Below the pieces are notes generated by a model. It saw only the letters and a list, made by a program, of their open reading frames with translations, was not told the DNA's origin and did not search any database. The position numbers were made by a program, and so were the translations under genes. 41,507 nucleotides of DNA. Origin: an uncultured Phycisphaera sp. GTDB lineage: Bacteria > Planctomycetota > Phycisphaerae > Phycisphaerales > Phycisphaeraceae. Position 1 is the stretch's first letter. Every line of letters begins with the position of its first letter. Location of the stretch: assembly GCA_964543215.1 (NCBI GenBank), contig CAZIXN010000002.1, positions 1-41,507 on the forward strand, read 5' to 3'. Shown here in pieces: positions 32,585 through 41,350 of the stretch.

Positions 32585-33622
32585 ATGCTCATCGTGTTCT
32601 TCACGGTCGCCATCGGCGTGTCGTTCCTGTGCTCCATGCTCGAGGCCGGCCTGCTGTCGCTTCCACGCAGCTACATTGCCTCGCTCAAAAGCACCGGCTC
32701 CAAGGCCGGCGTCCGACTCGACCGCATCAAGAACAACCTCGACCGCGCCCTCGCCGCCATCCTCACCCTCAACACCATCGCCCACACCGTCGGCGCCGCC
32801 GGCGTGGGAGCGCAGGTCCAGATCATGTTCGGCAGCACCGCCAACGCCATCGGCATGGCCGTGCTCACCCTGCTCATCCTCGTCCTCTCCGAAATCATCC
32901 CCAAATCCATCGGCGCCGCCTACGCAAGGCCCCTCGCGTCCTTCACCGGCATCGCGCTGGAAATCATGATGTTCGCCCTCTGGCCGATCCTTGTGCCCCT
33001 CAACGTCATGTCCAAGTGGTTCGGCGGCGGACACCACGCGCCCGTCTCACGCGAAGAAATCGCCTCCATGGCCGACATCGGCCTCACCGACGGCGCACTC
33101 GACAACGAAGAGCTCCGCGTCATCCGCAACCTGCTGAGCATGACTCAGGTCCCCGTCAAAGACGTCATGACGCCTCGCCCGGTCATCTTCGCCCTCCCGC
33201 AGGACACCACCGTCCAGCAGGTCGTCGAAGACTACGGCCGACTCCGTTTCTCCCGCATCCCCATCTACGACGGCGATCTCGACCACGTCACCGGCAAGGT
33301 CACCCGACACGCCATCCTCCACGCCTACGCCGACGGCGACACCGACAAAACGTTGAAACAACTGATGCGCGACATCAACGTCGTCCCCGACGCCGCGCGG
33401 CTCGATCAGGTCATGGACCGGTTCATCCGCGAACAGCGACACGCCATGCTCGTCGTCGACGAGTTCGGCGGCACCGCCGGGCTCATCACCCTCGAAGACT
33501 GCATCGAGACCCTGCTGGGCGTCGAGATCGTCGACGAAACCGACACCACCGCCGACATGCGCGAACTCGCCCGACGACTCATGAGGCGAAAGCGACGCGT
33601 CCTCGAAGCCGAGAAGGGCTGA
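32585..33622 (+). CDS. CNNM/hemolysin-C-type transporter-associated protein (DUF21 + CBS pair)
   Basis: The DUF21 TM region reads MLIVFFTVAIGVSFLCSMLEAGLLSL...LNTIAHTVGA...LSEIIPKSIG. CBS motifs include VKDVMTPRPVIFAL, FSRIPIYDGDLDHVTG and MLVVDEFGGTAGLITLEDCIE. An alternative GTG at 32498 overlaps the vapC stop. Confidence 0.8.
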   Translation: MLIVFFTVAIGVSFLCSMLEAGLLSLPRSYIASLKSTGSKAGVRLDRIKNNLDRALAAILTLNTIAHTVGAAGVGAQVQIMFGSTANAIGMAVLTLLILVLSEIIPKSIGAAYARPLASFTGIALEIMMFALWPILVPLNVMSKWFGGGHHAPVSREEIASMADIGLTDGALDNEELRVIRNLLSMTQVPVKDVMTPRPVIFALPQDTTVQQVVEDYGRLRFSRIPIYDGDLDHVTGKVTRHAILHAYADGDTDKTLKQLMRDINVVPDAARLDQVMDRFIREQRHAMLVVDEFGGTAGLITLEDCIETLLGVEIVDETDTTADMRELARRLMRRKRRVLEAEKG

Positions 33623-33625
33623 GCC

Positions 33626-34249
33626 ATGCGCGACGCCTACCTAGAGCCCTACCGCGACGCACAAACCCGCCACGGCTCGGACTTCGACGTCACCATGTGG
33701 GCCCGGCCCGAAACCCAGACGCTCCGCTTCAAAATCTTCGCCGAGGCCATCGACCTGCGGAACAAACGACTCCTCGACGCCGGGTGCAGCCGCGGCGACC
33801 TCGCCCAATGGCTCCTGCAACACGGCCACGACTACGCCCACTACCACGGCGTCGACGGCCTCCCCGACGTCGTCACGTTCGCCAAGTCCCGCGGACTCGA
33901 ACGCGCCTCCTTCGCCGCCGGCGACTTCGTGAATCACCCCGAACTGCTCGCCGAATCCAAGCCCGACATCACCCTGATCTCCGGCACGCTCAACACCATG
34001 GACGACGACACCGCCCTGCGCGTGCTCGACGCGTCGTGGGCCGGCTGCCGGGAAGCCCTCGTCTTCAATTTCCTCGCCGATACCTGCGGCCCCAACGCCA
34101 CGCCCCAGCAATACCCCGCCCGACGCCTGCCGACGATGCGCCTGCTCGCCTGGGCCTTCCACCAGACGCCCTACGTCACGTTCCGTCAGGACTACTTCCG
34201 CGACGGCCACGACGCCACGGTCATCATGCGCCGCGGACGGGTCGTTTAA
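33626..34249 (+). CDS. class I SAM-dependent methyltransferase
   Basis: RLLDAGCSRGDLAQWL is motif I (DxGCGxG-like). Motif II follows as HGVDGLPDVV, and the post-I/III region as DITLISGTLN. Confidence 0.65.
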   Translation: MRDAYLEPYRDAQTRHGSDFDVTMWARPETQTLRFKIFAEAIDLRNKRLLDAGCSRGDLAQWLLQHGHDYAHYHGVDGLPDVVTFAKSRGLERASFAAGDFVNHPELLAESKPDITLISGTLNTMDDDTALRVLDASWAGCREALVFNFLADTCGPNATPQQYPARRLPTMRLLAWAFHQTPYVTFRQDYFRDGHDATVIMRRGRVV

Positions 34250-34261
34250 GCGACCCGTCCG
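34234..34261. terminator. Perfect 11-bp hairpin between convergent genes; the loop contains the methyltransferase stop codon
   Basis: The sequence is cggacgggtcg-tttaag-cgacccgtccg (34234-34261). Confidence 0.5.
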
Positions 34262-34269
34262 ACCTCGCA

Positions 34270-35628
34270 TCACGCGCTCACCACCGTCGCCTCCCCGCTC
34301 ACCCCACGCATCACCCCGCGCATCACCCCGCGCGTGTCCACGATCAGCCGCGCGTGCTTGCCCAGCCACGCCCAGTCGTACGCCTTGTGGTGCGTCGCGA
34401 TCAGCACGCAGTCCGCCTCGCGCACCGCCGCCTCGTCCAGCGTCACGCTCCGCATCGCGGGCAACGCCGGGTAATGCCGCATCGGGTGGGTCGCCGGGAC
34501 GTGCGGGTCGTGGTAGCTCACGTCCGCGCCAAGCTTCCGCAGCCGATCGATCAATTCGAAGCTCGGGCTCTCACGCACATCATCCACGTCCGGCTTGTAC
34601 GCCAGCCCCAGCACCAACACCTTGCTCCCCCGCACCGCCTTGCCCGCATCGTTGAGCGCCAGCATCGTGCGCTCGATCACGAACCCCGGCATCGCGTGAT
34701 TCACCCGGCCGGCCAACGCGATGAACTCCGTGCTGTGCCCCACCTCCTTCGCCGCCCACGTCAGATAAAACGGATCGATGGGGATGCAGTGCCCGCCCAG
34801 CCCCGGCCCGGGATAAAACGCCTGAAAACCAAAGGGTTTCGTGCTCGCCGCCTCCACCACCTCCCACACGTCCACGTCCATCGCCGTGAGAATCACCTTC
34901 AGCTCGTTCACCAGCGCGATGTTCACCGCCCGGTACACGTTCTCCAGAATCTTTGCGGCTTCCGCCACCTCGGCACTGCGCACCGGCACCACCTCATCCA
35001 GCGCCGCCCGGTACAGCGCGACCGCCAGCTCCCCGTCTTCCGGGGTGATCCCGCCCACCAGCTTCGGGATCGTGCGCGTGTTGTGATCCTTTCTCCCGGG
35101 GTCTTCGCGCTCCGGCGAATAGGCCAGGTGATACGACACGCCCCGCGCCGCCGCCGCCGCATCCAGAATCGGCTTCATCACCTTCCGCGTCGTGCCCGGA
35201 TACGTCGTACTCTCCAGGACCACAAGCTGGCCATCCCGCAGCGTCGCTGCGATGTCCTCCGCCGCCCGCTCGATGTACGACAGGTCCGGCTCCTGATGCG
35301 AGCCCAACGGCGTGGGCACGCACACCAGCACCGCATCCGCCTCGCCCAGCCGCGACAGGTCCGTCGTCACGTCAAACCTGCCCGCCTCCACACTTCCGGG
35401 GGCACTCATGTCCGACACAAAGTCCGGCCCGAAGTGCGTGAGATAACTCTCCCCCCTTTTCAGCAGCTCGATCTTCCGCGGGTCCACATCAAACCCCAGC
35501 ACCGAAAACCCCGCGTCCCAGAACGTCCGGATGAGCGGCAGCCCCACGTAACCCAAGGCCAGCACGCCGACGCGCGCGGTGCGGTTTTCGATCTTCGTCA
35601 GCAGCGCTTTGCCAAGGTCATGGGCCAT
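34270..35628 (-). CDS. nucleotide-sugar dehydrogenase (UDP-glucose/GDP-mannose dehydrogenase family; UDP-N-acetyl-D-mannosamine/-glucosamine dehydrogenase-like)
   Basis: ATG at 35628. VGVLALGYVGLPLIRTF is the NAD-binding fold. FYPGPGLGGHCIPIDP carries the catalytic Cys. A VLVLGLAYKPDVDDVRESP block is present. The C-terminal tail GVMRGVMRGV comes from a 12-nt tandem repeat. Confidence 0.85.
   Translation of the reverse strand: MAHDLGKALLTKIENRTARVGVLALGYVGLPLIRTFWDAGFSVLGFDVDPRKIELLKRGESYLTHFGPDFVSDMSAPGSVEAGRFDVTTDLSRLGEADAVLVCVPTPLGSHQEPDLSYIERAAEDIAATLRDGQLVVLESTTYPGTTRKVMKPILDAAAAARGVSYHLAYSPEREDPGRKDHNTRTIPKLVGGITPEDGELAVALYRAALDEVVPVRSAEVAEAAKILENVYRAVNIALVNELKVILTAMDVDVWEVVEAASTKPFGFQAFYPGPGLGGHCIPIDPFYLTWAAKEVGHSTEFIALAGRVNHAMPGFVIERTMLALNDAGKAVRGSKVLVLGLAYKPDVDDVRESPSFELIDRLRKLGADVSYHDPHVPATHPMRHYPALPAMRSVTLDEAAVREADCVLIATHHKAYDWAWLGKHARLIVDTRGVMRGVMRGVSGEATVVSA
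34297..34331. repeat. 12-nt tandem repeat (gcatcaccccgc x2 plus a degenerate copy) within the 3' end of the dehydrogenase gene
   Basis: Perfect units lie at 34308-34319 and 34320-34331, preceded by the degenerate copy gctcaccccac. Confidence 0.8.
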
Positions 35629-36445
35629 CGGAAGATCGTACGGAATCCGTGCCTTCCGCATCGGCCACCGGCCCGGGCCACCACGCCCGAACGTCCAGCG
35701 GCTCGGCGAACAACAGATGCGGCAACGCCGCGGGAAGATCCACACCGATCCGCCGCGTCATGTCGCAGCGGTCCATCTCACACATCGCGCTCCGCAGCCG
35801 CCACGGCGCGTGCCAGATGTCGCCGCGCATCAGCCGGCCGCGCTTCTCGCTGAACAGGCAATACCGGGCGGTCAGAAAATCCTCCAGCGTGCCCGGCCGG
35901 GTTTCGAACGCTTCACCGACCCCGCGGTACGTCGCTTGGAACACCGCCGCCGCCGCGCCGCGGTGCGTCCGCCGACTGCGATACGCCACGCCGCCGTCGC
36001 CGTGAACAGCGCACGACATGTCGGCGTCGAAGTACGGCAGGCCGAACGTCCACCGCGCCGCACGCACCGCGATCCGGTGCTGCGCATCCAACGAAAAGAA
36101 CCACACGCCCGGCACGCCGTTGACGTTCACATACGTCCGTAGATTCAACTCCGGAAACCGCGACAGCCCCGGCACCGCCGGCAACGTCACCGGCCCGACC
36201 ACGCCACGCACCCGCGACATCATGAACGGCACCACGCCCAACCACGCCTGCCCTCCAAACAAATCCAGGTGCGGGCGAAGCGACGCCGGCAACGTGGGCC
36301 GCAACGCCTCCGCGTCCACCGGCCAATGCGCAAAGAGCAACTCGCTCCAACGCATCGCCATCACCGGCCGACGCGACGTCGCCGAGGCGTGCCCAGCAAA
36401 GGGCCGACCGGCCGAGGGAGCGTGCAAGTTTGCGGCGTGCGTCAC
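35618..36445 (-). CDS. DUF2071 (YqjF-like) domain protein
   Basis: WSELLFAHWPVDAEALRPTLP...LRTYVNVNGVPGVWFFSLDA...WRLRSA is the DUF2071 pattern. The start is GTG at 36445 or ATG at 36361. The 3' end overlaps the dehydrogenase start by 11 nt. Confidence 0.7.
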   Translation of the reverse strand: MTHAANLHAPSAGRPFAGHASATSRRPVMAMRWSELLFAHWPVDAEALRPTLPASLRPHLDLFGGQAWLGVVPFMMSRVRGVVGPVTLPAVPGLSRFPELNLRTYVNVNGVPGVWFFSLDAQHRIAVRAARWTFGLPYFDADMSCAVHGDGGVAYRSRRTHRGAAAAVFQATYRGVGEAFETRPGTLEDFLTARYCLFSEKRGRLMRGDIWHAPWRLRSAMCEMDRCDMTRRIGVDLPAALPHLLFAEPLDVRAWWPGPVADAEGTDSVRSSDGP

Positions 36446-36481
36446 GCCCGCAGCGTAGGCCTGCGACGCAATACCAAGTCG

Positions 36482-37999
36482 TTACAGAGACGCCACCACG
36501 CTCTTGGTTTCCAGGTAGTTGTTCAGCGCGGCCTCGCCCATCTCCCGGCCCCATCCGGACTGCTTGTAGCCGCCGAACGGCAGCGCCGCGTCGAAGATGT
36601 TGTAACAGTTGATCCAGACCGTGCCGGCCTTGAGCGCGGCGGCATAGCGGTGGGCCTTGCTCACGTTCGAGGTCCAGATGCCCGCGGCCAGGCCGTAGTC
36701 CGTGTCGTTCGCCCGGCGGAGCAGGTCGTCCTCGTTCTTGAACGGCGTGGCCACGACGACCGGGCCGAAGATCTCTTCGCGGACGACCTTCATGTCGTCG
36801 GTGGTGTCGGTGAGCACGGTGGGCTGCACGAAGTAACCCTCGCGGTCGAGCACGTCGCCGCCGCAGGCCATCGTCGCGCCTTCGCTGCGTCCGGCCGAGA
36901 GATACCCCGCCACGCGGTCCTGCTGCTCCTTGCTCACCAGCGGACCCATGTCCGTGTCCGCGTCGAAGCCGCTGCCAAGCTTCAGGCTCTTCGCGTGCTT
37001 CGCCACGCCTTCGACGACCTTGTCGTAGATGCTCGCGTGTGCAAACAGTCGGCTACCGGCGCAGCAGCATTGGCCGTGGTTGAAGAAGATCGCGTTGGCG
37101 GCCCCGGGGATCGCGGTGTCCAGGTCGGCGTCGGGAAGGATGATGTTCGGACTCTTGCCGCCCAGTTCGAGCGTGACCTTCTTGAGATTACCCGTGGCGG
37201 CCTTGACGATCAGCTTGCCGACTTCGGTGCTGCCGGTGAACGCGACCTTGTCCACCTTGGGGTGGGCCGCAAGCGGAGCGCCCGCGTCTTCGCCATACCC
37301 GGTGATGATGTTGACCACACCTTCGGGGAAGCCGGCCTCGACGATGAGCTCGCCCAGGCGCAGCGCCGACAGCGGCGTCTGTTCCGCCGGCTTGAGCACG
37401 ATCGTGCAGCCCGCCGCCAGCGCGGGCGCAAGCTTCCACGCCGTCATCAGCAGCGGGAAGTTCCACGGCACGATCTGCGCCGCCACGCCCACCGGCTCCC
37501 GCCGCGTGTACGCGTGATACATCGCGCCGGGCGTGTAAGGCACGGTGATCGGGATCGTCGTGCCTTCGATCTTCGTCACCCAACCGGCCATGTAGCGGAA
37601 CATGTCGACCGCCAGCGGCACGTCCGCCGCCTTGGCGACCCCAAACGGCTTGCCGTTGTCGATCGTCTCGAGCTGCGCAAACTCTTCGAGGTGCTGCTCC
37701 AGCAGGTCCCCGAGCTTCCAGATCAGCCGGCCTCGCTCGCTGGCGGTCATCTTCGTCCATGGCCCGTCGTCGAATGCCTTCCGCGCCGCGGCCACGGCGC
37801 GATCGACATCCCTGGCGTTGCCCGCTGCGCACCGCGCGATCTCCACGCCCCGGGCCGGGTCATAGACCGCGAATGTCTCGCCCGAATCGCCATCCACCCA
37901 CTGATTGTTGATGAGCAACTGCTTGGGCTTCTTTAGAAAGCCGGCGATCTTGGCGCTCTTGAGGTTGGCGGGCAGCGCAGCGGACGGGGCAGCGGTCAT
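36482..37999 (-). CDS. NAD(P)-dependent aldehyde dehydrogenase
   Basis: PWNFPLLM, the catalytic Glu block KVTLELGGKSP, the catalytic Cys block FFNHGQCCCAGSR and PFGGYKQSGWGRE are all present. Confidence 0.9.
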   Translation of the reverse strand: MTAAPSAALPANLKSAKIAGFLKKPKQLLINNQWVDGDSGETFAVYDPARGVEIARCAAGNARDVDRAVAAARKAFDDGPWTKMTASERGRLIWKLGDLLEQHLEEFAQLETIDNGKPFGVAKAADVPLAVDMFRYMAGWVTKIEGTTIPITVPYTPGAMYHAYTRREPVGVAAQIVPWNFPLLMTAWKLAPALAAGCTIVLKPAEQTPLSALRLGELIVEAGFPEGVVNIITGYGEDAGAPLAAHPKVDKVAFTGSTEVGKLIVKAATGNLKKVTLELGGKSPNIILPDADLDTAIPGAANAIFFNHGQCCCAGSRLFAHASIYDKVVEGVAKHAKSLKLGSGFDADTDMGPLVSKEQQDRVAGYLSAGRSEGATMACGGDVLDREGYFVQPTVLTDTTDDMKVVREEIFGPVVVATPFKNEDDLLRRANDTDYGLAAGIWTSNVSKAHRYAAALKAGTVWINCYNIFDAALPFGGYKQSGWGREMGEAALNNYLETKSVVASL

Positions 38000-38149
38000 G
38001 GCGGACTCCTAAGAAGAAATGAAAGCAGCGATCTGAAGATTGGAGCGGAAAGACTTGGCGAGTATACGAGCACGCTCGGAAATCCACGCTTGCCGCTCGC
38101 TTCACCGCGAGAAATCCAGCGACCCAGCGGCGGCTACACTGGGCCGCTC

Positions 38150-39472
38150 ATGAGCAGGGACGTTCTCATCACGGGGCTCGGGCCGGTGTCGGCGCTCGGT
38201 CTGGGCAAGGACGACAACTGGGAAGCGCTCTGCGCCGGGCGGTGCGGCCTGGCGGTGATCACGTCGTTCGACGCCACCGGCATGGGCGCGCCGATCGCCG
38301 GCGAAGTCCCCGAATTCAGCGTCCGCGACTTCGTGCCCAAGAGCTACCGCAAGGCGACCAAGGTGATGGCCCGCGACATCGAGTTGGCCGTGGCCGCCGC
38401 GGATCTGGCCGTGCGCGACGCCGGATTGGTCACGCCCGGCACCGAACCCGAAGCCCAACGCACCTACGCCGCCGAGCGCCTGGGTTGCCACATCGGGGCC
38501 GGGTTGATCGCCGCGGATACCGATGAACTCACCGCCGCGCTCGCCACCTCCACCGATGCGAAAGGCAATTTCGATTTGCAGCACTGGGGGCGGGAAGGCA
38601 TGCAGCAGCTCACGCCGCTGTGGCTGCTGAAGTATCTGCCGAACATGCTGGCCTGCCACGTGACGATCGTGCACGATGCGCAGGGCCCGAGCAACACGAT
38701 CACCTGCGGCGAGGCGTCGGGGGGCCTGAGCATCGGCGAGAGCCTGCGGGTGATTCAGCGCGGAGACGCCGACGTCTGCCTCGCCGGCGGCGCGGTCAGC
38801 CCCATGAACCCGATGGCGTATTACCGGCAAGTCCTCACCGGGCGACTCGTCGGCGACCACGCCGTGAAAAACGCCGGCGGCTGCGTCCGACCCTTCGATC
38901 AGAACCAGAACGGCGGCGCCGTCGGCGAAGGCGGCGGCATCGTCGTGCTCGAAGCCGCCGACACGTTCGCCAATCGCGACGGCACGAAGCAGGCCTACGC
39001 CCGGCTCCTCGGCTTCGCATCCACGCAGACCGTCCACCGCGAAACGCACAACGCCACGCCCGACCCGCAAGGCGCCGGCATCGCCTCGGCCATCCGCATC
39101 GCGCTGCGCGACGCGGCGTGTGCGCCCGACGACGTCGACGCCATCGTGCCCTTCGGTCTGGGCCATGCCGACTGGGACGCCCCCGAAGCCGAAGCGCTCC
39201 GCGCCATCTTCGGCGAACGACTCAACGCTGTGCCCGTCGTGTCGCTCAAGTCCAGCGTCGGCAACCTGCACGCCGGCGCGGGCGGCTACGAACTCGCCGT
39301 CGCCGCGCTCATGCTGCACCACGGCCGGATCGTCCCCATCCTCAACCGCGGCGTCCCGATGCCCGGCTTCTCCTGCAAGAAACTGGACGGAACGCTCAAG
39401 CGCATCCTCGTCGTCGCCACCAGCGTCGGCGGACAGAACACCGCCTGCGTGCTGGGCAGAGTTGAGTCTTGA
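38150..39472 (+). CDS. beta-ketoacyl synthase-like protein lacking the Cys-His-His triad (chain-length-factor-like partner)
   Basis: A gapless by-eye alignment to my recollection of the E. coli FabF blocks gave three substitutions. GPSNTITCGEASGGLSIG versus GPSISIATACTSGVHNIG puts Glu at the Cys163 position. VPFGLGHADWDAPE versus NAHGTSTPAGDKAE puts Phe at His303. KSSVGNLHAGAGG versus KSMTGHLLGAAG puts Asn at His340. The stop TGA at 39470-39472 lies inside the repeat arm. Confidence 0.8.
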   Translation: MSRDVLITGLGPVSALGLGKDDNWEALCAGRCGLAVITSFDATGMGAPIAGEVPEFSVRDFVPKSYRKATKVMARDIELAVAAADLAVRDAGLVTPGTEPEAQRTYAAERLGCHIGAGLIAADTDELTAALATSTDAKGNFDLQHWGREGMQQLTPLWLLKYLPNMLACHVTIVHDAQGPSNTITCGEASGGLSIGESLRVIQRGDADVCLAGGAVSPMNPMAYYRQVLTGRLVGDHAVKNAGGCVRPFDQNQNGGAVGEGGGIVVLEAADTFANRDGTKQAYARLLGFASTQTVHRETHNATPDPQGAGIASAIRIALRDAACAPDDVDAIVPFGLGHADWDAPEAEALRAIFGERLNAVPVVSLKSSVGNLHAGAGGYELAVAALMLHHGRIVPILNRGVPMPGFSCKKLDGTLKRILVVATSVGGQNTACVLGRVES

Positions 39473-39907
39473 GGGTTGAGTCTTGAGGGTTGAGACTTGA
39501 GGGTTGAGACTTGAGCCGAGATCATCGCAAACTGCGGGCGTTCGAACTTGCCGACCAGTTCGCCATCGAGGCGTATCGCGTCACGTCGCGACTCCCGACC
39601 GAAGAGCGATTCGGACTGACCAGCCAGATCCGCCGAGCCGCCGTCTCGGTTCCAACCAACATCGTCGAAGGCTGCGGACGTGAAACCACCAGAGACTTCT
39701 GCCACTTCCTGACCATCGCACTGGGTTCCGCCCGGGAAGCCGCTTACCTGATTTCCCTCGCCGAACGTCTAGGCTATATCGGTGCCGACGACGCTCGGCA
39801 GTTGACCGACCTTGGAATCGAAACGATGCGCGTCATCACCGGCCTGCACCGCTCTCTCAAACAAGCGTAATTCCATGCTTCCTCAAGACTCAACCCTCAA
39901 GACTCAA
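39461..39907. repeat. Inverted-repeat-bounded cassette C (arms 39461-39515 and 39881-39910) enclosing a 4HB ORF
   Basis: ttgagtcttgagggttgagtcttgagg (39462-39488) is the perfect reverse complement of cctcaagactcaaccctcaagactcaa (39881-39907), 27 bp. The left arm is 7-8 heptads (gagtctt/gagggtt/gagactt). Confidence 0.9.
39511..39870 (+). CDS. four-helix-bundle protein (23S rRNA intervening-sequence protein / Avd-like family)
   Basis: [80 protein letters not shown] is the canonical family pattern. There is no ATG. A TTG start at 39511 lies inside the left arm. Confidence 0.8.
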   Translation: MSRDHRKLRAFELADQFAIEAYRVTSRLPTEERFGLTSQIRRAAVSVPTNIVEGCGRETTRDFCHFLTIALGSAREAAYLISLAERLGYIGADDARQLTDLGIETMRVITGLHRSLKQA

Positions 39908-41212
39908 TCCTCCCCCCGCATCGTCATCACCGGCCTGGGCTGGGTCACGCCGCTCGGCCACGACCTCGACACCGTCTGGAACGCCTTGCTCCAAGGCACA
40001 TCCGGCGTCTCCGCCACGTCGCGCTTCGACGCCTCGACCTTCCCCACCACCTTCTCCGCGCAGGTCAAAAACTACGACCACCGCACCTTCGTCCGCCATC
40101 CCGAGCTGCACGAACACGTCGGCCTCAACACCGCATTCGCGCTCGGGGCCGCCGTGCAGGCGTGGCGACAAGCCGGGCTCGAAGCGTTTGCCACCTCCGG
40201 GGGGCTCGACCGCGATCGGCTGGGCATCTACCTCGGGGCCGGCGAAGGCACGATCGACTTCGAGCCCTACGTCGCCACCAACCTCGCGGGCTGGGACGCC
40301 CAAGCACAGACCGTCAACGGCAAAAAGTGGGCCGCCGCCGCCAAACAAGCCTTCGACGCGCGGCGCGAAGCGGAGCAGGAACCCAACATGCCGCTGTCGC
40401 ATCTGGCGCTCGAGTTCGACGCGCGCGGCCCGGCCAGCAACTGTCTGACGGCTTGCGCCGCCTCGACGCAAGCCATCGGTGAAGCCGCCGAGACCTTGCG
40501 CCGCGGCGACGCGGATGTCATGCTCACCGGCGGCTGCCACACCATGATCCACCCGCTGGGCATGACCGGCTTCAACCGACTCACGGCGCTCTCCAACCGC
40601 AACGACGAACCGACCACCGCGTCACGACCCTTCTCCGCCGACCGCGACGGATTCGTCATGGGCGAAGGCGCCGGCATCCTGGTCCTCGAAACCCAACAAC
40701 ACGCCCAGGCACGCGGGGCCAACATCCTCGCCGAGGTCGCCGGCTACGGTTCGACGGCGGACGCCTACCGAATTACGGATATTCATCCCGAAGGCCGCGG
40801 TGCCGCGCTGGCCATGCGCCAAGCCCTCGACGAAGCCAACATCCAACCGTCGGAGGTCGACTGGATCGCCGCGCACGGCACGGGCACGCAAGAGAACGAC
40901 AAGATCGAAACCCGCGCGATCAAATCCGTGTTTCAACAAGCAGACGACCCCGCCACCGTCCCGCCCGTGTCCTCCATCAAGTCCATGCTCGGCCACCTCA
41001 TCGCCGCCGCCGGCGCCGTCCAGGCCATCACCGCCGTCCTGGCCATCCAACGCGGCGCGATCCCCCCCACCGCCAACCTGCACAAGCCCGCCCCCGAGCT
41101 CGACCTCGACTACGTCCCCAACACCGCCCGCCACACCACGGTCAACACCGTTCTGTCCAACAGCTTCGGCTTCGGCGGCCAGAACGACACGCTGGTGATC
41201 CGCCGGGCTTGA
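39875..41212 (+). CDS. beta-ketoacyl-[ACP] synthase II-like (catalytically complete KS)
   Basis: RIVITGLGWVTPLG is the N-terminal block. LTACAASTQAIG carries the Cys, AAHGTGTQENDKIE a His, and SSIKSMLGHLIAAAG the other His. The C-terminus is NSFGFGGQNDTLVI. The first 11 codons after the ATG (LPQDSTLKTQS) are encoded by the right repeat arm. Confidence 0.9.
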   Translation: MLPQDSTLKTQSSPRIVITGLGWVTPLGHDLDTVWNALLQGTSGVSATSRFDASTFPTTFSAQVKNYDHRTFVRHPELHEHVGLNTAFALGAAVQAWRQAGLEAFATSGGLDRDRLGIYLGAGEGTIDFEPYVATNLAGWDAQAQTVNGKKWAAAAKQAFDARREAEQEPNMPLSHLALEFDARGPASNCLTACAASTQAIGEAAETLRRGDADVMLTGGCHTMIHPLGMTGFNRLTALSNRNDEPTTASRPFSADRDGFVMGEGAGILVLETQQHAQARGANILAEVAGYGSTADAYRITDIHPEGRGAALAMRQALDEANIQPSEVDWIAAHGTGTQENDKIETRAIKSVFQQADDPATVPPVSSIKSMLGHLIAAAGAVQAITAVLAIQRGAIPPTANLHKPAPELDLDYVPNTARHTTVNTVLSNSFGFGGQNDTLVIRRA

Positions 41213-41257
41213 GAAACCGCCGTTTTGTGCGCCTTTGCGGCGCGGCGCATTGCCTTG

Positions 41258-41350
41258 CAGCCGCAGGTCAACGACCTGCGCGTGCTCGGCGTGTCGCAGT
41301 GTGGTTGGGATTGCGACACTCGCTCCGCGCAGGCCGTTGACCTGCGGCTG
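41258..41350. repeat. REP-like long palindrome (25-bp outer stem with one mismatch plus an 8-bp inner stem)
   Basis: cagccgcaggtcaacgacctgcgcg (41258-41282) is complementary to cgcgcaggccgttgacctgcggctg (41326-41350). The inner pair is gtgtcgca (41291-41298) / tgcgacac (41312-41319). The right arm is shared with 17410-17440. Confidence 0.85.

Noticed and set aside
39461-39515. The tandem heptad repeats here (and at 4015-4048, 14949-14982 and 20385-20430) considered as a CRISPR array or minisatellite.
   Set aside because: The units are 7-10 nt with no spacers, and each run has an inverted partner nearby. No cas genes are present. They are hairpin arms, not CRISPR.
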